Source of the DNA: a virus
Taxonomy: Duplodnaviria > Caudoviricetes
Direction: 5' to 3' (one strand)
IMG/VR virus record: IMGVR_UViG_2731957753_000001
Location: 12,324 to 76,323 of that record
DNA: 64,000 bases
The translations under genes and the position numbers were made by a program. Below the pieces are notes generated by a model that was not told the DNA's origin, did not search any database, and worked only from the letters and a program-made list of their open reading frames with translations. Positions 45,443 to 58,500 of the stretch are shown piece after piece (within the stretch, counting starts at the first letter, position 1; the number at the start of each line of letters is the position of its first letter).

Positions 45443-46000
45443 TGGTCTGCTTTCTCGATTTCATGAGTACGGAACACGCATTCGGGGTGCAGGTCGCCGC
45501 TCTCATCCTCGATGGTGAACGCGACACCCACCGTGTCTCCGGACGTGTAGAGGACGACGCCCGCGAGACGGTCAGCGCCGAACGGGATCCACACCTTGTC
45601 ACCGGGTTTCAGCGTCCCCATCCGAGCCTCCTGAGGTTGCGTGCACGTGCACCGTGTTCTTTCTTCATGTACGTGCGGACAACGGCCCGGTCGTGGCGGC
45701 GGCAAAGCCAATGCCCACCACCGAGTGGCACTTTGAACCATTCGTGCGCGATGTTGTCGATCACGCACCAGACCATGGTTCCCTCGCAGTGGCAGAGCAC
45801 CCCAATACGGTGCGCGTAATACCACCAATCGGCGAGTTTGGTTCTCACTGCGCCTGTCCCAGCGCGGTCACGAGCATCGTTTTCACCAGATCCATTGCCT
45901 GTTCTTCATCGAATCCGGCCTGCACGTATGCTTCGTACTGGTCGTACAGCAGGGCTGCGTGCTGGCGGGTGTTCGCAGCGGGTTCGAAATAGGGGTTCAT
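45439..46000 (-). other. Three small coupled ORFs (45439-45621, 45609-45848, 45845-46000)
   Basis: Overlapping start/stop codons. Confidence 0.6.
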
Positions 46001-46671
46001 TCCAAAACTCCTTCGGGCAAGGGCGCGCCCAGGTCGTACGCGAGTGCTCGGTAGTTTTCAGGCGCCCAGTTCATGCCGCACGCCAAGCATTCGGCGCTGG
46101 ACTGGCTGGCTTGCAGCACGTATTTGCGCACCATCTCCCCCGCCCCGTCATCCACCGACAGATACGTTTCACCGCAGGACGGGCAGGCTGCACGTAGCTC
46201 GTAGGTGTGCCGCTGGTCGGGTGCGAGCATGCTGTTGGCGCGCTCTACCCATTGTTCGACGGTGCGGGTCATGCGTTTCAGGTCCGCCAACTCGTCAGGC
46301 GTCCACGGCCAGTCGCACAGCGTGTACAGGCGGGCAACGGTCGGCTGATGTTCGGCACTGTCGACGTTCGGCCACCACGAGCGAACAGTGCGGTCGATAT
46401 CGTCGAGCAGGGAGATCGCGGAAACGTTCCCTGGCGCTGCGGAACCATGCGTGGCCCGCCGAACCGACTCGCTGCCTTGCTTCTCCCCGAACCGAAGCTC
46501 CTGCAACTCCTGGTACAGGCTGTCCAGGATCACATGCTCACGCATAAAATCGTCACGCTCAATCGAATCCGCACGCAAACCCACCAACAGGTGCACGGCA
46601 TCGCTGAATGCAGTGCGCGCGCCGGCGACTAGCTCAGGAGTCTCGGTCAATCTCGTCTCCGTTGTCTTCAA
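45997..46671 (-). CDS. Conserved actinophage protein with C-terminal Zn-ribbon (possible regulator)
   Basis: 'ACPSCG...AECLACG.NW'. Confidence 0.7.
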   Translation of the reverse strand: MKTTETRLTETPELVAGARTAFSDAVHLLVGLRADSIERDDFMREHVILDSLYQELQELRFGEKQGSESVRRATHGSAAPGNVSAISLLDDIDRTVRSWWPNVDSAEHQPTVARLYTLCDWPWTPDELADLKRMTRTVEQWVERANSMLAPDQRHTYELRAACPSCGETYLSVDDGAGEMVRKYVLQASQSSAECLACGMNWAPENYRALAYDLGAPLPEGVLE

Positions 46672-46779
46672 CCCACTCGTAGATGCACATGCCGTCGTGG
46701 CCGATTCCGACGCGGACGGGTTTCATTCGCGGGAGGTCGGCAGGCAGTAGCCCTCCGACCGTGTACTTCTCGTCGCCGC

Positions 46780-48158
46780 TCATCGGCCGGGGTGCTGCAT
46801 CTTGGAGAGGTTCGCGATCCGCTGGACACTCTTCGCGGCCTCGGCGACGTCGGTCACGTTGATAGTCACCGAGTGATCCGCCGAAACCGCGTCCCGCCGA
46901 AGCTTCGTGTTCTCCTCGGACAGTTCACGGATCGCCTCGTTGCGGGCTTTCACCATCCCCGCCCACGCAATGCAGGCAACGTTCAATACACCGATGGTGA
47001 GCAGCAGGAACCCATCGAGGTAGTGGGTAGTGGCGAAGTTCAACACGGATATAGCGAACACGATCCCGGCAAGGACACGGGCCGAGGTGCTCGCCGTGTT
47101 CCACGCGAGAACGAACACGGATTTGAGGCTTCCGAGCATTATTTCTCTCCGGACTGGACGGCGGGAACGGTGTCGACGAACGAGCATTCGCGGCCGTGGG
47201 TGCCGGACCACTGCCACTTCTTCTTGCAGGACAGTTCGAGCACGTCACCGCGTTTCACGGCAGCGCAACGGGTGTCATCGCACCGGTAGTCGATGGCTTC
47301 ACCGGTGAACCGGACTGCGAACATTTCGGACATGCCGCCCGCACCGTCGCCGAGCATCCGGGATTCGATCTGCGCTACTTCACCGCGCACGGGTCGATGC
47401 TGGTGATATTCCCAGTTGAAAGGCCACCACACGGCCACGAACACACCGACGGTGCACAGCGCCGCAAAGAGGCCGCCGACGGCAACCCCGATCGCGAGCC
47501 CTGTATCGCCGTACCGCTGGTCTTTCTCATGCTGGTACCCGAGGTAGCCGAGTCCAGCTACAGCAAGGAACAGCAGAACAATGATTGCGGCGGCGGGAAG
47601 TCCGATCAATGTTCCAGCCGAATACCGGACGTCACTGATGGGCTCAAGCATTGGGTTTCTCCTGGTTCGGGAAAATATCGTTGGGTGTCGTCGGCCGGTG
47701 CATAATTACGTGCGCGTTCCGGACGGCTTGTATTTCCTCGGCATTCAACGGCCGACCTTCATACACCAAGCAGTTGTGTGTCACGCAATAGAATCGGACG
47801 GCCGTAACAGGTTTACTCATCTTCGGCCGATTCCAATAGGCCACCCAAAACAGCAGGCCAGCACACACCCACCGCAACACCCACTCCACTAATCGCAATC
47901 CGGTCCACCGGGCTCCCCTTCCCGAGCCGCACCTGTCAGGAACTCGACAGCCCCAGCGATTTCCTGCCGTTCACTGTCGGGGATCAACCCACTGCTGTAG
48001 TCCGGTGACTGTATGCCCGCGAACCCCTGGATCGCGTCGTGAATGGCAATCAACGCATTCAACTGTGCACCCTGCACCTCGAATGTGGAGGGCTGCCCAA
48101 ACCCTGACCGCAGGTGCAGCAGTTTCGCTATTCTTCGAGCGTTCTCGATCGGCTCCAT
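46780..48158 (-). other. Four ORFs, including two membrane proteins (46780-47139, 47139-47651, 47644-47898, 47889-48158)
   Basis: Coupled ORFs; TM segments in the first two. Confidence 0.65.
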
Positions 48159-48289
48159 GTTCACTCCTCGTCAAAGTCGACGGCAAGGAGACGAACAGTT
48201 CGCGGAGGGCCTTCATCGTCGGAGTGCGGCCATTCTGTCGGCCGACTATTCTCGAATAGATCCACTACCCACCTCCTTGCCTTAAAACA

Positions 48290-48318
48290 AGAATATGGCG
48301 GGAGTCAAACCACGAATT
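48290..48318 (-). promoter_or_regulatory. Phage-specific promoter motif, copy 3
   Basis: AATTCGTGGTTTGAC-N8-TATTCT; AAGGAGG RBS downstream. Confidence 0.75.
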
Positions 48319-48505
48319 CGACGCTAATTCTCGCCGCAGAAAAGCCGATGCCCGCGCGTGTACTTGCTCAACTGTTCACGAGACAACGACTGCTCGAAAT
48401 CATCCACTTGTCCGCAGGCTCGACAGAACCAGAACGTCCAACCAAAGTCGTCGACGTAAGCGGTCGCGGGCGGCTCATGGTCCAGCAGGAGAACGAAACG
48501 GCCGC

Positions 48506-48940
48506 TCATTCCTCGTCGGTATCCTCGGTGTAGATGTCTGCCAGGTCAGCAAATATCGCGTCGTACAGCCCGATTTCGACCCGGTACCCGTCGCACTGCT
48601 CGCACTCATGATCCAAGCCCGCGAGACCATTCCGGGTCGCGATCATCTGGCGCACAACCGACACCCAACGAAGCACACGCGCAGGATCATGAGCGGCGAT
48701 ATGTTCCGCGACCCCGATATCCCGCGGTCCTCCACCGCTGTCCCCCTCCCAAATCGGGTCCGCAGCACCATTCACAGTCACCAAGTCGCAGAATTCATCA
48801 ACCCGCCACCGTTCGGGCTCCCACGGCGGCCGCTTCTCAGGCCACTTCGTAACCGGTCGCGGCAAGTCCGTCGCAGCCCGCGCGAGCCGCTCGTCACGCT
48901 CCAGGCCGGCCAACAAGCGGGATATCGCATCCGCGCTCAT
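48506..48940 (-). CDS. DUF6221-like protein
   Basis: 'DERLARAA...AEHIAAHDPARVL'. Confidence 0.7.
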   Translation of the reverse strand: MSADAISRLLAGLERDERLARAATDLPRPVTKWPEKRPPWEPERWRVDEFCDLVTVNGAADPIWEGDSGGGPRDIGVAEHIAAHDPARVLRWVSVVRQMIATRNGLAGLDHECEQCDGYRVEIGLYDAIFADLADIYTEDTDEE

Positions 48941-49308
48941 GCTGCCCACTCCCACTCCGGATCGAAATCCTCATGCGCGCGCCACACCCGAGCCAACGGC
49001 CGCAGATCATCGTGGAATAGGGTCTCGTCGAGTGTGTCGTCGTCGATGTAGTGCGCCAGCCTCAGGCTCGCGATCATGCAACGCAGGGCACGGCACATCT
49101 GAAGCGCCCGCGCCGGGTCGTGGCGGGCGATGTGCTCGGCCTCCTTCGGCCACGTGTGCTTGACGACCAGCGTGGAATCGGCCGATCGAACCTCGGGCGC
49201 ATCGGCGGACCACTGGGCAGTAGTCGGCGTGCCTGCCAGAAAGGCCGCACGGGCGATCCGCTCGTCCTCGCCGAGCCGGGCCTCGATGAACTCCTCGATG
49301 GAGGTCAT
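48937..49308 (-). CDS. DUF6221-like protein (tandem paralog)
   Basis: 'EFIEARLGEDERIARAA...AEHIARHDPARAL...H.DFDPEW'. Confidence 0.75.
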   Translation of the reverse strand: MTSIEEFIEARLGEDERIARAAFLAGTPTTAQWSADAPEVRSADSTLVVKHTWPKEAEHIARHDPARALQMCRALRCMIASLRLAHYIDDDTLDETLFHDDLRPLARVWRAHEDFDPEWEWAA

Positions 49309-49696
49309 TTCCGCACGGCCTTCACTGCTTCAGTGACCCCAACCCATATGCCTGCTGCGATAAACAACCCGACAACCACCCCGACGGCCTGCGCGGGCCA
49401 CAACCAGATAGGCATAGCGACCCGCGTCCACGACCAGTCGAGGTTATCGGTGTATTTCAGCAACGCGAAAATGGCCGTGAGGACGATGTCGACCCTGAGT
49501 ATTTTCAGCGAGAGGTTCCCGATAGACTTTGCGAGTTTCTTGTTGGGGCTGATTTCTGTTGTTGCGCTCATTGATTCACTTTCTCCAGTATGTCGTCTAC
49601 CTCGGAAACCAACGCGCAATAGTCCGCGAGCCCAATCACGTATCCTGCGAGCCGCAATTCCATCCACGACATGGCGATTGGTCGATCGTCTTCCAT
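49305..49696 (-). other. Two ORFs (49568-49696; membrane protein 49305-49571)
   Basis: AGGAG RBS; ATGA coupling. Confidence 0.6.
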
Positions 49697-49717
49697 CAGG
49701 TCTCCTCGAATAGATCA

Positions 49718-49746
49718 AACGTATTAGGGGTGTCAAACCACCAATT
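49718..49746 (-). promoter_or_regulatory. Phage-specific promoter motif, copy 4
   Basis: AATTGGTGGTTTGAC-N8-TACGTT. Confidence 0.7.
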
Positions 49747-49978
49747 CCGGGTCAAGCAACCCGACGCCATACACTGGTGTGCACGGTCTGTTCCTCCACC
49801 GCAACCGCATATCCACAATCGCGTAGCTGCCGTTCGTACGCGTGCCTGGTGATCTCATCCGCGTACACCTCGAACAGGTCTCCAGCACTATCCCGGTACG
49901 TGATCCGGTACTTGCGCACACTGCGGGCGGGCGGGCTGGGACGGAGTTCGATCGGCTCCAAATCCCGTTCAGTGAGGT

Positions 49979-50530
49979 TCACGCTGCCTCCACAGTCGGG
50001 ACCGAAAGCTTTTCGAGCACAGACCGGTTCAGCGCGGGAAGTTCGGCGAGTGGCCGGCCGATTAGATGCATGCCGATGTCGAGCAGTGCGACCGCGTCGG
50101 CCACATCGTTTCCGGTGACCTCGATATCCAGGTATCGGCGGACGACCGCAGCGAGAACGGCGTCTTTGTCTGCGTTGCCTTTCCCGGTAGCGAACCGTTT
50201 CAGCACGGTCGGTTCGATCGGGAGGACAGTGCATCCGATGTCATGCAGGGTGTCCACTACCCGCCACCACAGGCCCGCCCGATCCCACACAGACCCGGTA
50301 GACGACCCGTAGGCGGGTGCCTCCACCAACACGAACGCATCGAAACTGATGCTGTCGGTGACCTGGTCGGCGAGTCGGTTGATGCGAGCCCTGCGCTGCC
50401 TCCACGTGTCGGTTTTAGCGCCTTTGGAACGGATCCGATGCGTCCGGATGTCACCGCGCGCATCCCAGGCCGCGATACCGGTTGAGGTAAGCGAAAGGTC
50501 GAGGCCCACCACTTCGGGATAGTCGGTCAA
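49979..50530 (-). CDS. ruvC: RuvC-like Holliday junction resolvase
   Basis: 'VVGLDLSLTSTG', 'VLVEAP', 'ATGKGNADK', 'NDVADA'. Confidence 0.88.
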   Translation of the reverse strand: MTDYPEVVGLDLSLTSTGIAAWDARGDIRTHRIRSKGAKTDTWRQRRARINRLADQVTDSISFDAFVLVEAPAYGSSTGSVWDRAGLWWRVVDTLHDIGCTVLPIEPTVLKRFATGKGNADKDAVLAAVVRRYLDIEVTGNDVADAVALLDIGMHLIGRPLAELPALNRSVLEKLSVPTVEAA

Positions 50531-53500
50531 AGTTCGCTCCAGGTCAAATAGTCGTGAAGTGTCGGGTATTCGTGCCCGCAGCCGTCGCACGGGATGGGTT
50601 TCGTGCGTCGTCGGTAGGCGTCGGCAATAGCTTGCAGGCAGTCGGCGCACGCGTTCCGGGTTGCGCATCCATGCCAGTTGGTGACGTATTCGGCGGGCGG
50701 GGCGGGAGCGAACGGACCAAACAGGTGCAGATCCGATTCGCACAGGGCGGTCATAACGGGGTCACCTGAACGCAGTCCTCGAACACGCGGAATGACTGCT
50801 TACAGGCGAAACAGTTCACCGCACCCTCCAGGACGACAATCTCATTGAATCGCTGGCGCCCAACCTTCATGCAGGCGATACAGAGGGGGCCACCACCGCA
50901 ACCGTGCTGGTCGGTGATGTAAGACGCCCGAGGGCGGTCGCCCTGATGGATGCTGGCGCAGCACTCGGGCGTGAAGTCCAGGTGCTCGATGCTCTCGACC
51001 CGTTCGCTGGTTTGGGTGCTCATGCTGCTTCTGCTTTCTTGCTGAGTGTTGAGGTGGTTTTGGTGGTGTGCCAGTGCTTCCCGGACGGGCACAGGTAGAC
51101 GCGGGTGGGGCGGGTACCAGGACGCGGGGTGCGCAGGAATTTCGTGATCGCGTTCTCGGCTTGCTCGCGTGTGTTGTGCGCTTTCTTCCCCGGTGTCGGA
51201 CAGGGACGTTCCGTCACAGTGATGATGTGCGCGTAAATCAGGGCCCGAGCCTTCGCACGCTCCGAATGCCGTCGTTCCGCCCCGCACGAACAGCGAGCCA
51301 GGAACCCGCTGTTCGTGCGACCCGTGTCCGGGATCAGATAGTGCGGCCGGCGGTTACGCATGGCCTAGTTGCGCTTCGAGTTCAGCGATCCGGGCCGCGT
51401 CTCGCTGCTGCTTGGCTGCGATGGCGGCGTAATCCTGCTGCACGGCCTGCTGCAACCGACCGAGCGTGATGTGAGCGCCTTCCAACTGCTCCAGCAGCAG
51501 GGAGAGGTTGTTCACGGCCCAAGCGATCAGTTCGATATTCGGTTCGGCGGGCTCGTGATGCATGCGGGTCTGGTCGACGGTCACGATCCTCTTGCAGAAA
51601 CCGGTGTCACCGGCTTTGATGACCGTTTTCCGTCCGGCGCGCGTTCCGTCGATCTCCTCGACGACCTCCCACGGCCCGTCTGTTGCGGCTTCCAGGAGCT
51701 TTTTTCCTTCGGCGATCAAGTTCAGGTCGATCATGATTGCGCCTCTCGTGGGTGTCCAAGCACATGAACCTCGGTGTGGTCCTGCGCGTCGATATAGGCG
51801 GCAATCACTTCGGCCGCGGCCTCGATCGCCCATCTCTCCGGGGGTTTCGAAAGGTCGTCCTGCGCTATGTAGGCGGCCTCAATCAGTGCGGGCGTGGGAT
51901 TTTTAGCGTCCGGCCGTTGCACGATTTCACCGCCCAGTGGGGAACGCTGCGCTGCCTCCAGTTCGGCGATGCGGTCGCGGGCGTCCTGAAGGTCTTCCGC
52001 CAACACGGCGGCCCGAGACTGCGCCTCGTCACGGTCACGGATCGCCTGCATGGACTGACGGTGGGACAACGGCAACGCCTGCCGCTCGTTCACGGCCTGC
52101 ACGATCGTCTCCGCCCACTCGTCCGCCCAAATCGGCAGTTCGGTGGTGAGCGCATCCAGGTTGCCGTCACCGCGGTCAACCCAGAGTGCCCGGTCGATGA
52201 CCCGAAGCTGTTCCCGGTCACTCACCGCGCGCCGCCTTACGCTCATCAACCCAGTCGGAGAGTTCACGCATCATCGCGGACACCGCATTCGAGGCACACG
52301 CCCACAACAGGCCACCGCTCTCCTCGTCCTCGAACGGTTTGAACGCCGTCCCGATCACGCGATCCTGGAATTCGAATGCTGCGAGCGGCTGCCCGGACTC
52401 TTTGGCGGCTTTCGATACTGCGAGGAAGGTGCTGACGACGTGCGGGCCGTTGCCGTCGTGCATGTGCGATTCCCACACGTTTGCGAGTCGGTCTTGGATG
52501 GCTGGGGTACTCATGCGTTCTCCTCCTTGGTTTTGCGGGTGCGCCGCCAAACAGTGGCGATCCCTTGATGTGAGCGGGATGTCGAAACATCAACCCCGGC
52601 TTTCTCAATCCACCCGTCCCGCTTCAACCGGACGAGCATGGGACCGAACTGGCGGGGTTCACCCATGCTCGGCCAACCCGCAACACGCATCCGCGCGTAA
52701 ATGTCGGCGTTCACGAACTCGGTACCGGCGGGCAGGTCGTGAATCAACCGGGTGGCGCGTTCCAGGTACACGAACGGCGGCGGGATGGTCGCGGTCATCG
52801 GAACATCAACCAAAACAGCCAGGCCCCGAACGCGAGGAATCCGAGGATGATGATGGTGTCCGCGATTGGGTTACCGGTTTGGACGTTTTCGCACTGTTCA
52901 GCGAGGATCATTGGTGCACTCCGGGTAGTAGTCGACGGGCCCGGATTCGAACCCGTCAGGGCAGCCAGCAAGTCGGCCGCATTTCTTGTGCATCGGCCAT
53001 TCCTCGCCCACGTGGTCTACGAGGTGGTCGCCTGCGGGGATCGACTCGTAGCAGTAGGCGCACGACTCGGCGGCGGTCATGCGGCGTCCTTCTCGTTAAT
53101 GTCCGCGAACGCGTACGCCGTGTAACTCTCGATATCGACCCCCGCATAGGCAGCGAACGACAGTGCGAGCGCGGTGAGAGCTTGCACGGTTTCGGAGACG
53201 TTGCAGTCGGCGAGGATCAGATTGATGGAGTCGACTTCGCCACGGTGACCCGCACGAAGGAGCGCGAGACCGGAACGCAGCGCGTCCTGCTCGCTCGGGT
53301 TGAAGTCCTGCCATTCACCCACGGTTGGCCCTCCGACTCTTGCGGGCGGCCTTGTTCCGGGCGCGACGTTTCTGCACTTCCGCCGGCGGGACAGTGCCCG
53401 CGTAGATGTGTCGGAAGCCTTGCAAGCCGCCGAGGATGCTGCGGCCGAACGTGGTGTCGTAGTTGTTGCGGTCGGTCATTCGGACTCCTCGGATGCGATA

Positions 53501-55037
53501 CGGGCTTCCTGGCGCCCGCGGTGTTCGTTGATGAGGTCGTCGGCGTCGTCCTCGTGCTTGTCCCACCAGGCGTCGATCTCGTCTTTGTGATAGGAGATCG
53601 CGCGGGCAAGGGGTTTCGCGCGCCCCTCGATCGCGGCGAGGTTCAACGAGAGGTCGTCGAATCGCCACGGCCAGTTTTCGACGGTGTACTGAAGGTCGCC
53701 TTCCCATTCGTCTTTCTGCTGGAGGGAGATCAGTTCGAGAAGGTCGCGGTCGGTGAGTTTGCGGTCAGTCACTTCTGGTCTCCGTTCGCGGCTTCCAGGT
53801 CGATCAGGGCCAGGGCAGCGCTGTAGCGGTCGCACAGTTCCGCGGCGCGCATATCGTCGCGGTCGGACTGCAAGAGTTGAACGATCCGCGCTTCGACGCA
53901 TTCGCGGTCCGCTACTTCGGCGACGACGATGATCCCGTCGTCGGCGCGCTGGCGGATGTTTCCCTGTTCGTCGCGGTAGGCGTCGGTTTCATGCATGACG
54001 GTTCTCTCCTCTAGTGGCGGTTCGTTGGATGACTTGGGTGGTGCGGCTATTGCGATGGCAGCGTTTCGGGGTAGGCGCGCACGAGTGATGCGATCAAGAT
54101 CCGGAGGTCGGTCATTGCCGCATCACGGTCGCTCGTCTCCCATGCGCGCCCGATGACGGTGAAGAACCCGTTGGGCCCGGTGACTTCGATAGACCCGAGT
54201 TCTGTCCCGGTCTGGTACATCAGTTCTGATGCGGGGTCGTCGATGGTGGGCGCGGTCACTGGTCGCCTCCGAGTTCGGTGAGGATGTTTCCCAAAATGAC
54301 GGGCAGGGCAGGGTCGTGCATGGTGCGACCACTTGTGTTGTCCCGGATCACGTACTCGGTCCCCCGCTTGTGCGCACCGACGAGAACGGCCAGCGCTTGG
54401 ACGGCGGTGTTGTACAGTTCCGCTTTCGAAATCCCCGTAGCACCCGACAGCTTCTCGATGTACTGCTCACTGAACGGGGTCTGCGTAAAGGTCAGCCGCC
54501 GATCGGATGCGCTCACGACGGGGCGCCATTCTCGTCTGGCACGTACAGGACGCGCGCGGGAAACCGAACCCAGTTGTGACGAATGCCTGCCGCAATGCAC
54601 TCCCAACCGGAAGTGCGGCGTTCCCATACGGCCCCGTAGTCGCATCCCGATACCGGAGCGGGACCGACAATTTCTCGGACAATCGAGAGGAACGGCAGAG
54701 CGTCGAGCGCTTCGGGCGTCTCGATGACGCGGGCGGGTGGACGCCAGCCAGCGGCGAGCGCGGCGTCTGCGCAGTCCTGGAATGTCCCATCGGCTGGGAG
54801 CCCGTAGTCGTCCTGGTAGGTGTCGCCGATGAGTTCGGCGAGCTGATCGCGGGGCGTGAAGGTGGTGACCCACGAGTGGCCCATGCGGCAGTGCGAATGG
54901 TTCAAGTGGAGGTCGTGTTCACCGGATCGTTCGCATTTGATGGTGCCGTCGATGCAGACACCGCCGAATCCTCCGATCCGGGTTGTCGCGTCACATGACG
55001 CTTCGTTCTGGTTCACGGGTATAGCTCCTGGATTCAT
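50527..55037 (-). other. Run of ~16 small coupled hypothetical early genes
   Basis: Continuous ATGA/GTGA-coupled ORFs, e.g. 50527-50754, 51020-51361, 51354-51734, 51731-52225, 52218-52514, 52511-52798, 53476-53772, 54256-54516, 54513-55037. Confidence 0.7.
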
Positions 55038-55447
55038 GCGGCTTTGGGCCAGCAGTCGGTTTTCGAAATGAACGACGTCTGTCCGACCGGGTCTGCGTGC
55101 GGGCGGTCAGGGAAGATGCGGCCACCCCACACACCCGGGATCAGCGCGTCTTTTTCACGCACCCCGGACGAGTAGTTGGGGTCGGCGCGCATCTTCCGCA
55201 GGTTCTCCGCCACCAACGCTGTATGCCTGTCCAGGCACTTCGACCGCAGCGGGCAGGACATGCACAGGCGGGCAGCGTGTTTCCGACGAGACGCAGCAGC
55301 CTTATCCCCTTCCCCATCGATCGCGTAGTCCCAGATCGACCCCCGATGCTTCCGCGCCCACTCATCGAATTCCGGGCGCGCACACACCGCCGCGGTCTCC
55401 GGGTGCGCGGCTTGCGGATTGCTGGGGTCGACACGGGGTGCGGTCAC
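55034..55447 (-). CDS. whiB: WhiB-like Fe-S transcription factor (divergent, with an insertion)
   Basis: Cys pattern C...CMSCPLRSKC plus GVWGG turn. Confidence 0.8.
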   Translation of the reverse strand: MTAPRVDPSNPQAAHPETAAVCARPEFDEWARKHRGSIWDYAIDGEGDKAAASRRKHAARLCMSCPLRSKCLDRHTALVAENLRKMRADPNYSSGVREKDALIPGVWGGRIFPDRPHADPVGQTSFISKTDCWPKAA

Positions 55448-55539
55448 AGATAGCTCCTAAACGGGGCGAGGGGAAGGTGAGGCTCTTGCCTCGATTGATC
55501 ACTACTCTACACCGTAGTGGCTCATTTATTCTATAGTGC

Positions 55540-55572
55540 AAACCGGGAGATTCGTGTTGAATCTCCCGGTTT
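55540..55572. terminator. 13-bp stem hairpin, probable bidirectional terminator
   Basis: AAACCGGGAGATT-N7-AATCTCCCGGTTT. Confidence 0.7.
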
Positions 55573-55586
55573 GTTTGATGAGGGTT

Positions 55587-58500
55587 TTAGGCGGCGTGCC
55601 CGGAGGATGTGTGCGCGCGAGGGACAGCGTGCGCATACCCGCGTGCACTCGGTGATTTGCCTGGTTTGAGGGTGACCGGCCGCCAGCATTCAGGCTGTTC
55701 AAGGGCTACGTCTTCAGCGGCCCTCAACCCGGCGAGAGCATGCAACGCGACCTGGTAGTCCTTGAATGCCTGCTCGTACTCCGGGGTGCCTTTCTGTGCC
55801 CAGTCCAAGTAGTCGGCGATTTGTTCCATGCGCGCGTACAGGGGCGAGTCGAGCCCGCCGACCCGGGTTTGCTGATCGGCTTCATACGCTTCGAGGCAGC
55901 GCCGGCAGCGGCATCCTTGCTGCACGTATTTGGTGAGGGTGCCGTGGTAGGTGGCGTGACGAGTCATGACAGCGGCTCGCTCAGTTCACGACGAACCAGG
56001 GCAACCCTCTTCTGCGACGCCTCATACACCAGATGCCGATAGGCGGACATCACGGATGCGGCGTACAGAAGGTCTTCGCGAGTGAGGTGATCCGACGCGT
56101 ACCGCAACCGCCACTCCACCGCATCGAGATCAGGATCATGCTCCATCACGGGCCATGTCGAGCCGTCGGAGAGACGGCGCCACTGCTTGTTGTCGGAGCC
56201 GAGGAGACGGGATTCGGTCATGACTCCACCGCCCGCCAGTCGGTGCGGTACTGCTGCACCAGATATTCGTCGCCGGTGGTCAGGTCTACGCGGTCCCGAC
56301 GCACCGCCTCTACCGGCAGCAGCCCGGCCGCGGCGAGAGCATCGACGGCCCGAGTGGCTGACCGGCGGTACATGGCCCGCATCCCCTCCGCGACGTTGCC
56401 CCATTCCCACGCCTGCGTCTTGATCTCGGCTCGATGGTTCTCCTCGAACTCGGCGCGAGCCAGCACCTCGACGTACTGGGCCCGGATCTGTTCGGCGTTC
56501 ATCGGATCACCCGCCCCGTGTCATTGCCGGACAGTTCGGCGACGTACCGATCCCATACGGCGGTGTCGTGTGCGGCGAGGATGTCTTCCAGCCAGGCGAT
56601 AGCGTCCTGGTTGTTGCAGGCGAACAATCCAGCGGCTTCCTCTCGGTGCAGTCCGAGGAGTTCGCCCGCGAGGTCTTCCGTACCGCGCAGTTCACCGGTC
56701 CGGAAGTGGACGGCCTGCACACCGGACGCGCGCGGGTCGGGGTGCTTCAACAGGCCGTGCTCACCGTAGAGGCGAACGGTGTGGCCGGCGAGGCACGTCA
56801 TCCACGAGCCTTGATCGAGTGTTTCGGGGTTGCGGGTAACGTGACGGTGGACGCCGCGGATGCGGGGGATGTTGTAGGTCATCAGTCCTCCAAGTAGGTG
56901 GGGTTGAGGGTGCGGCGGGTGATGTAGTAGCCGTCGACATAGCGAAAGAACTCGCCCGTGTCGGGATAGACACCGTCGCGGATGGCATGAGCGAGACTGT
57001 GGTCTGGATCGTTGCCGGGCTGGCCGGTGTGCCATTCGAGCGACTGCCCTGCCATGCGTTCGGCGTAGACTCGGGCTGCTTCGCGGGTTGTGAACACGCC
57101 GTCGATGCTGCTGTGCTCGTCGCTGTCCGGGCGGGATTCAAGCACGTACACGTGGTTCATCGGGTCTCCTATCAGTAGGTTTCGGTGATTCGGGCGATGC
57201 GGGCCAACCAAGCTGGTACAGCGATCACGTCGCCGCATTTCCGGCAGCGCCGCGGGAACCAGTGGTCTATCGACTGGTGCTCGTACAGCCAGCGGCGGAG
57301 CGGCCGATACAGGTACGGCATTACGGCGTGACAGGTCGGGCAACGATGCGGTTTATCGCTGTTCTCGTGCAGGAGGCGAGTCATCGGGTCTCCCGTCGGG
57401 CGAGCAGTCTCGCCTTGCGTTGCTCGTTGGTGGGTTCGGTCCAGAGATGCCATTTCACTGCGGGCACCCAACGCTGTAGATGCCGTTCACGATCAGCGCC
57501 GCAGTACCGGCACCCGTTCGGGTTCGGGCCAGCGGCGCTATCGCCTGACTGTCGACTCACCGCAACTGCGCTTTCACCAGCTCGGCGAGTGCGATGATCT
57601 CGTCTGCCGGGATGCGGGTGGCTTGGAACTTGTCGTTCGCGTAGAACTCCAGCACCACGTTGGGGTTGTAGCCGCCGTTGACGGTGATGTCGGCTTCGGT
57701 CTCTACCCATTCGGGGCTGCCGTCGATTTCGGTTTGGGCTTCGCAGTTGATTTTGATGTCGCTGATTCGCATTACGTTCCTTCGCTGGTGTTTGGTGGGG
57801 GCGACGCCCGAAAGACTTTGGGTCGATCTCGGGCGCCGCGCTCCCCCTCGAATGCTGCCGCTCAGCGCGCTGCTCCATGGGTCGCTGCGGTCAACAGTCG
57901 AGGTCTTTTAGGCGGCGATGGATTCCATCACCGCGCGTACTTCGTTCAACTCGTGTTGGTCGACGGTGAACCAGTCCCAGCCGCCGAATGCGTCGCGCTC
58001 ATAGCGTTCGACACCCCATTTCGCGGGGTCCTGCACGCCGCGGGTTGCGAGGTGATCGGTGACCGCTTGGAAGGACTCGACGAGTTCCAGGGCTGCTATC
58101 AGGTCGGGGATGTCGTCCCGCTGCCAGCCTTCGGACGGCTCCCCCATCGGGTCTGGCGTGTACCAAACCCGGATCGCGAATCGTCGCGGCGCCGTCACTC
58201 GGTGTCCTCCCGGGGTATCTGTCGGGCGATCTGGACAGCGATCTCCGCGTAACGACCTTGCCCCTCGAAACGCAGGTCACGCGCGAGATCGAGCACTGCG
58301 GCACGCACAGATTCGAGGTCAACAACTCGGGCGGTCATGACCGGACCTCGCTGAAGCCTTCGGGGTGCATCTCGTTGAGCGACTGATGCCCGTAGTGGTG
58401 GCCTTCAGTGAACGGGTCCAGGTTGACGGTGCGCGCGCCGTTCAACACCCGCTTGTAGTGACGGTTCCCTGCGGCTGGCACGAACCGAACACCCATCGGG

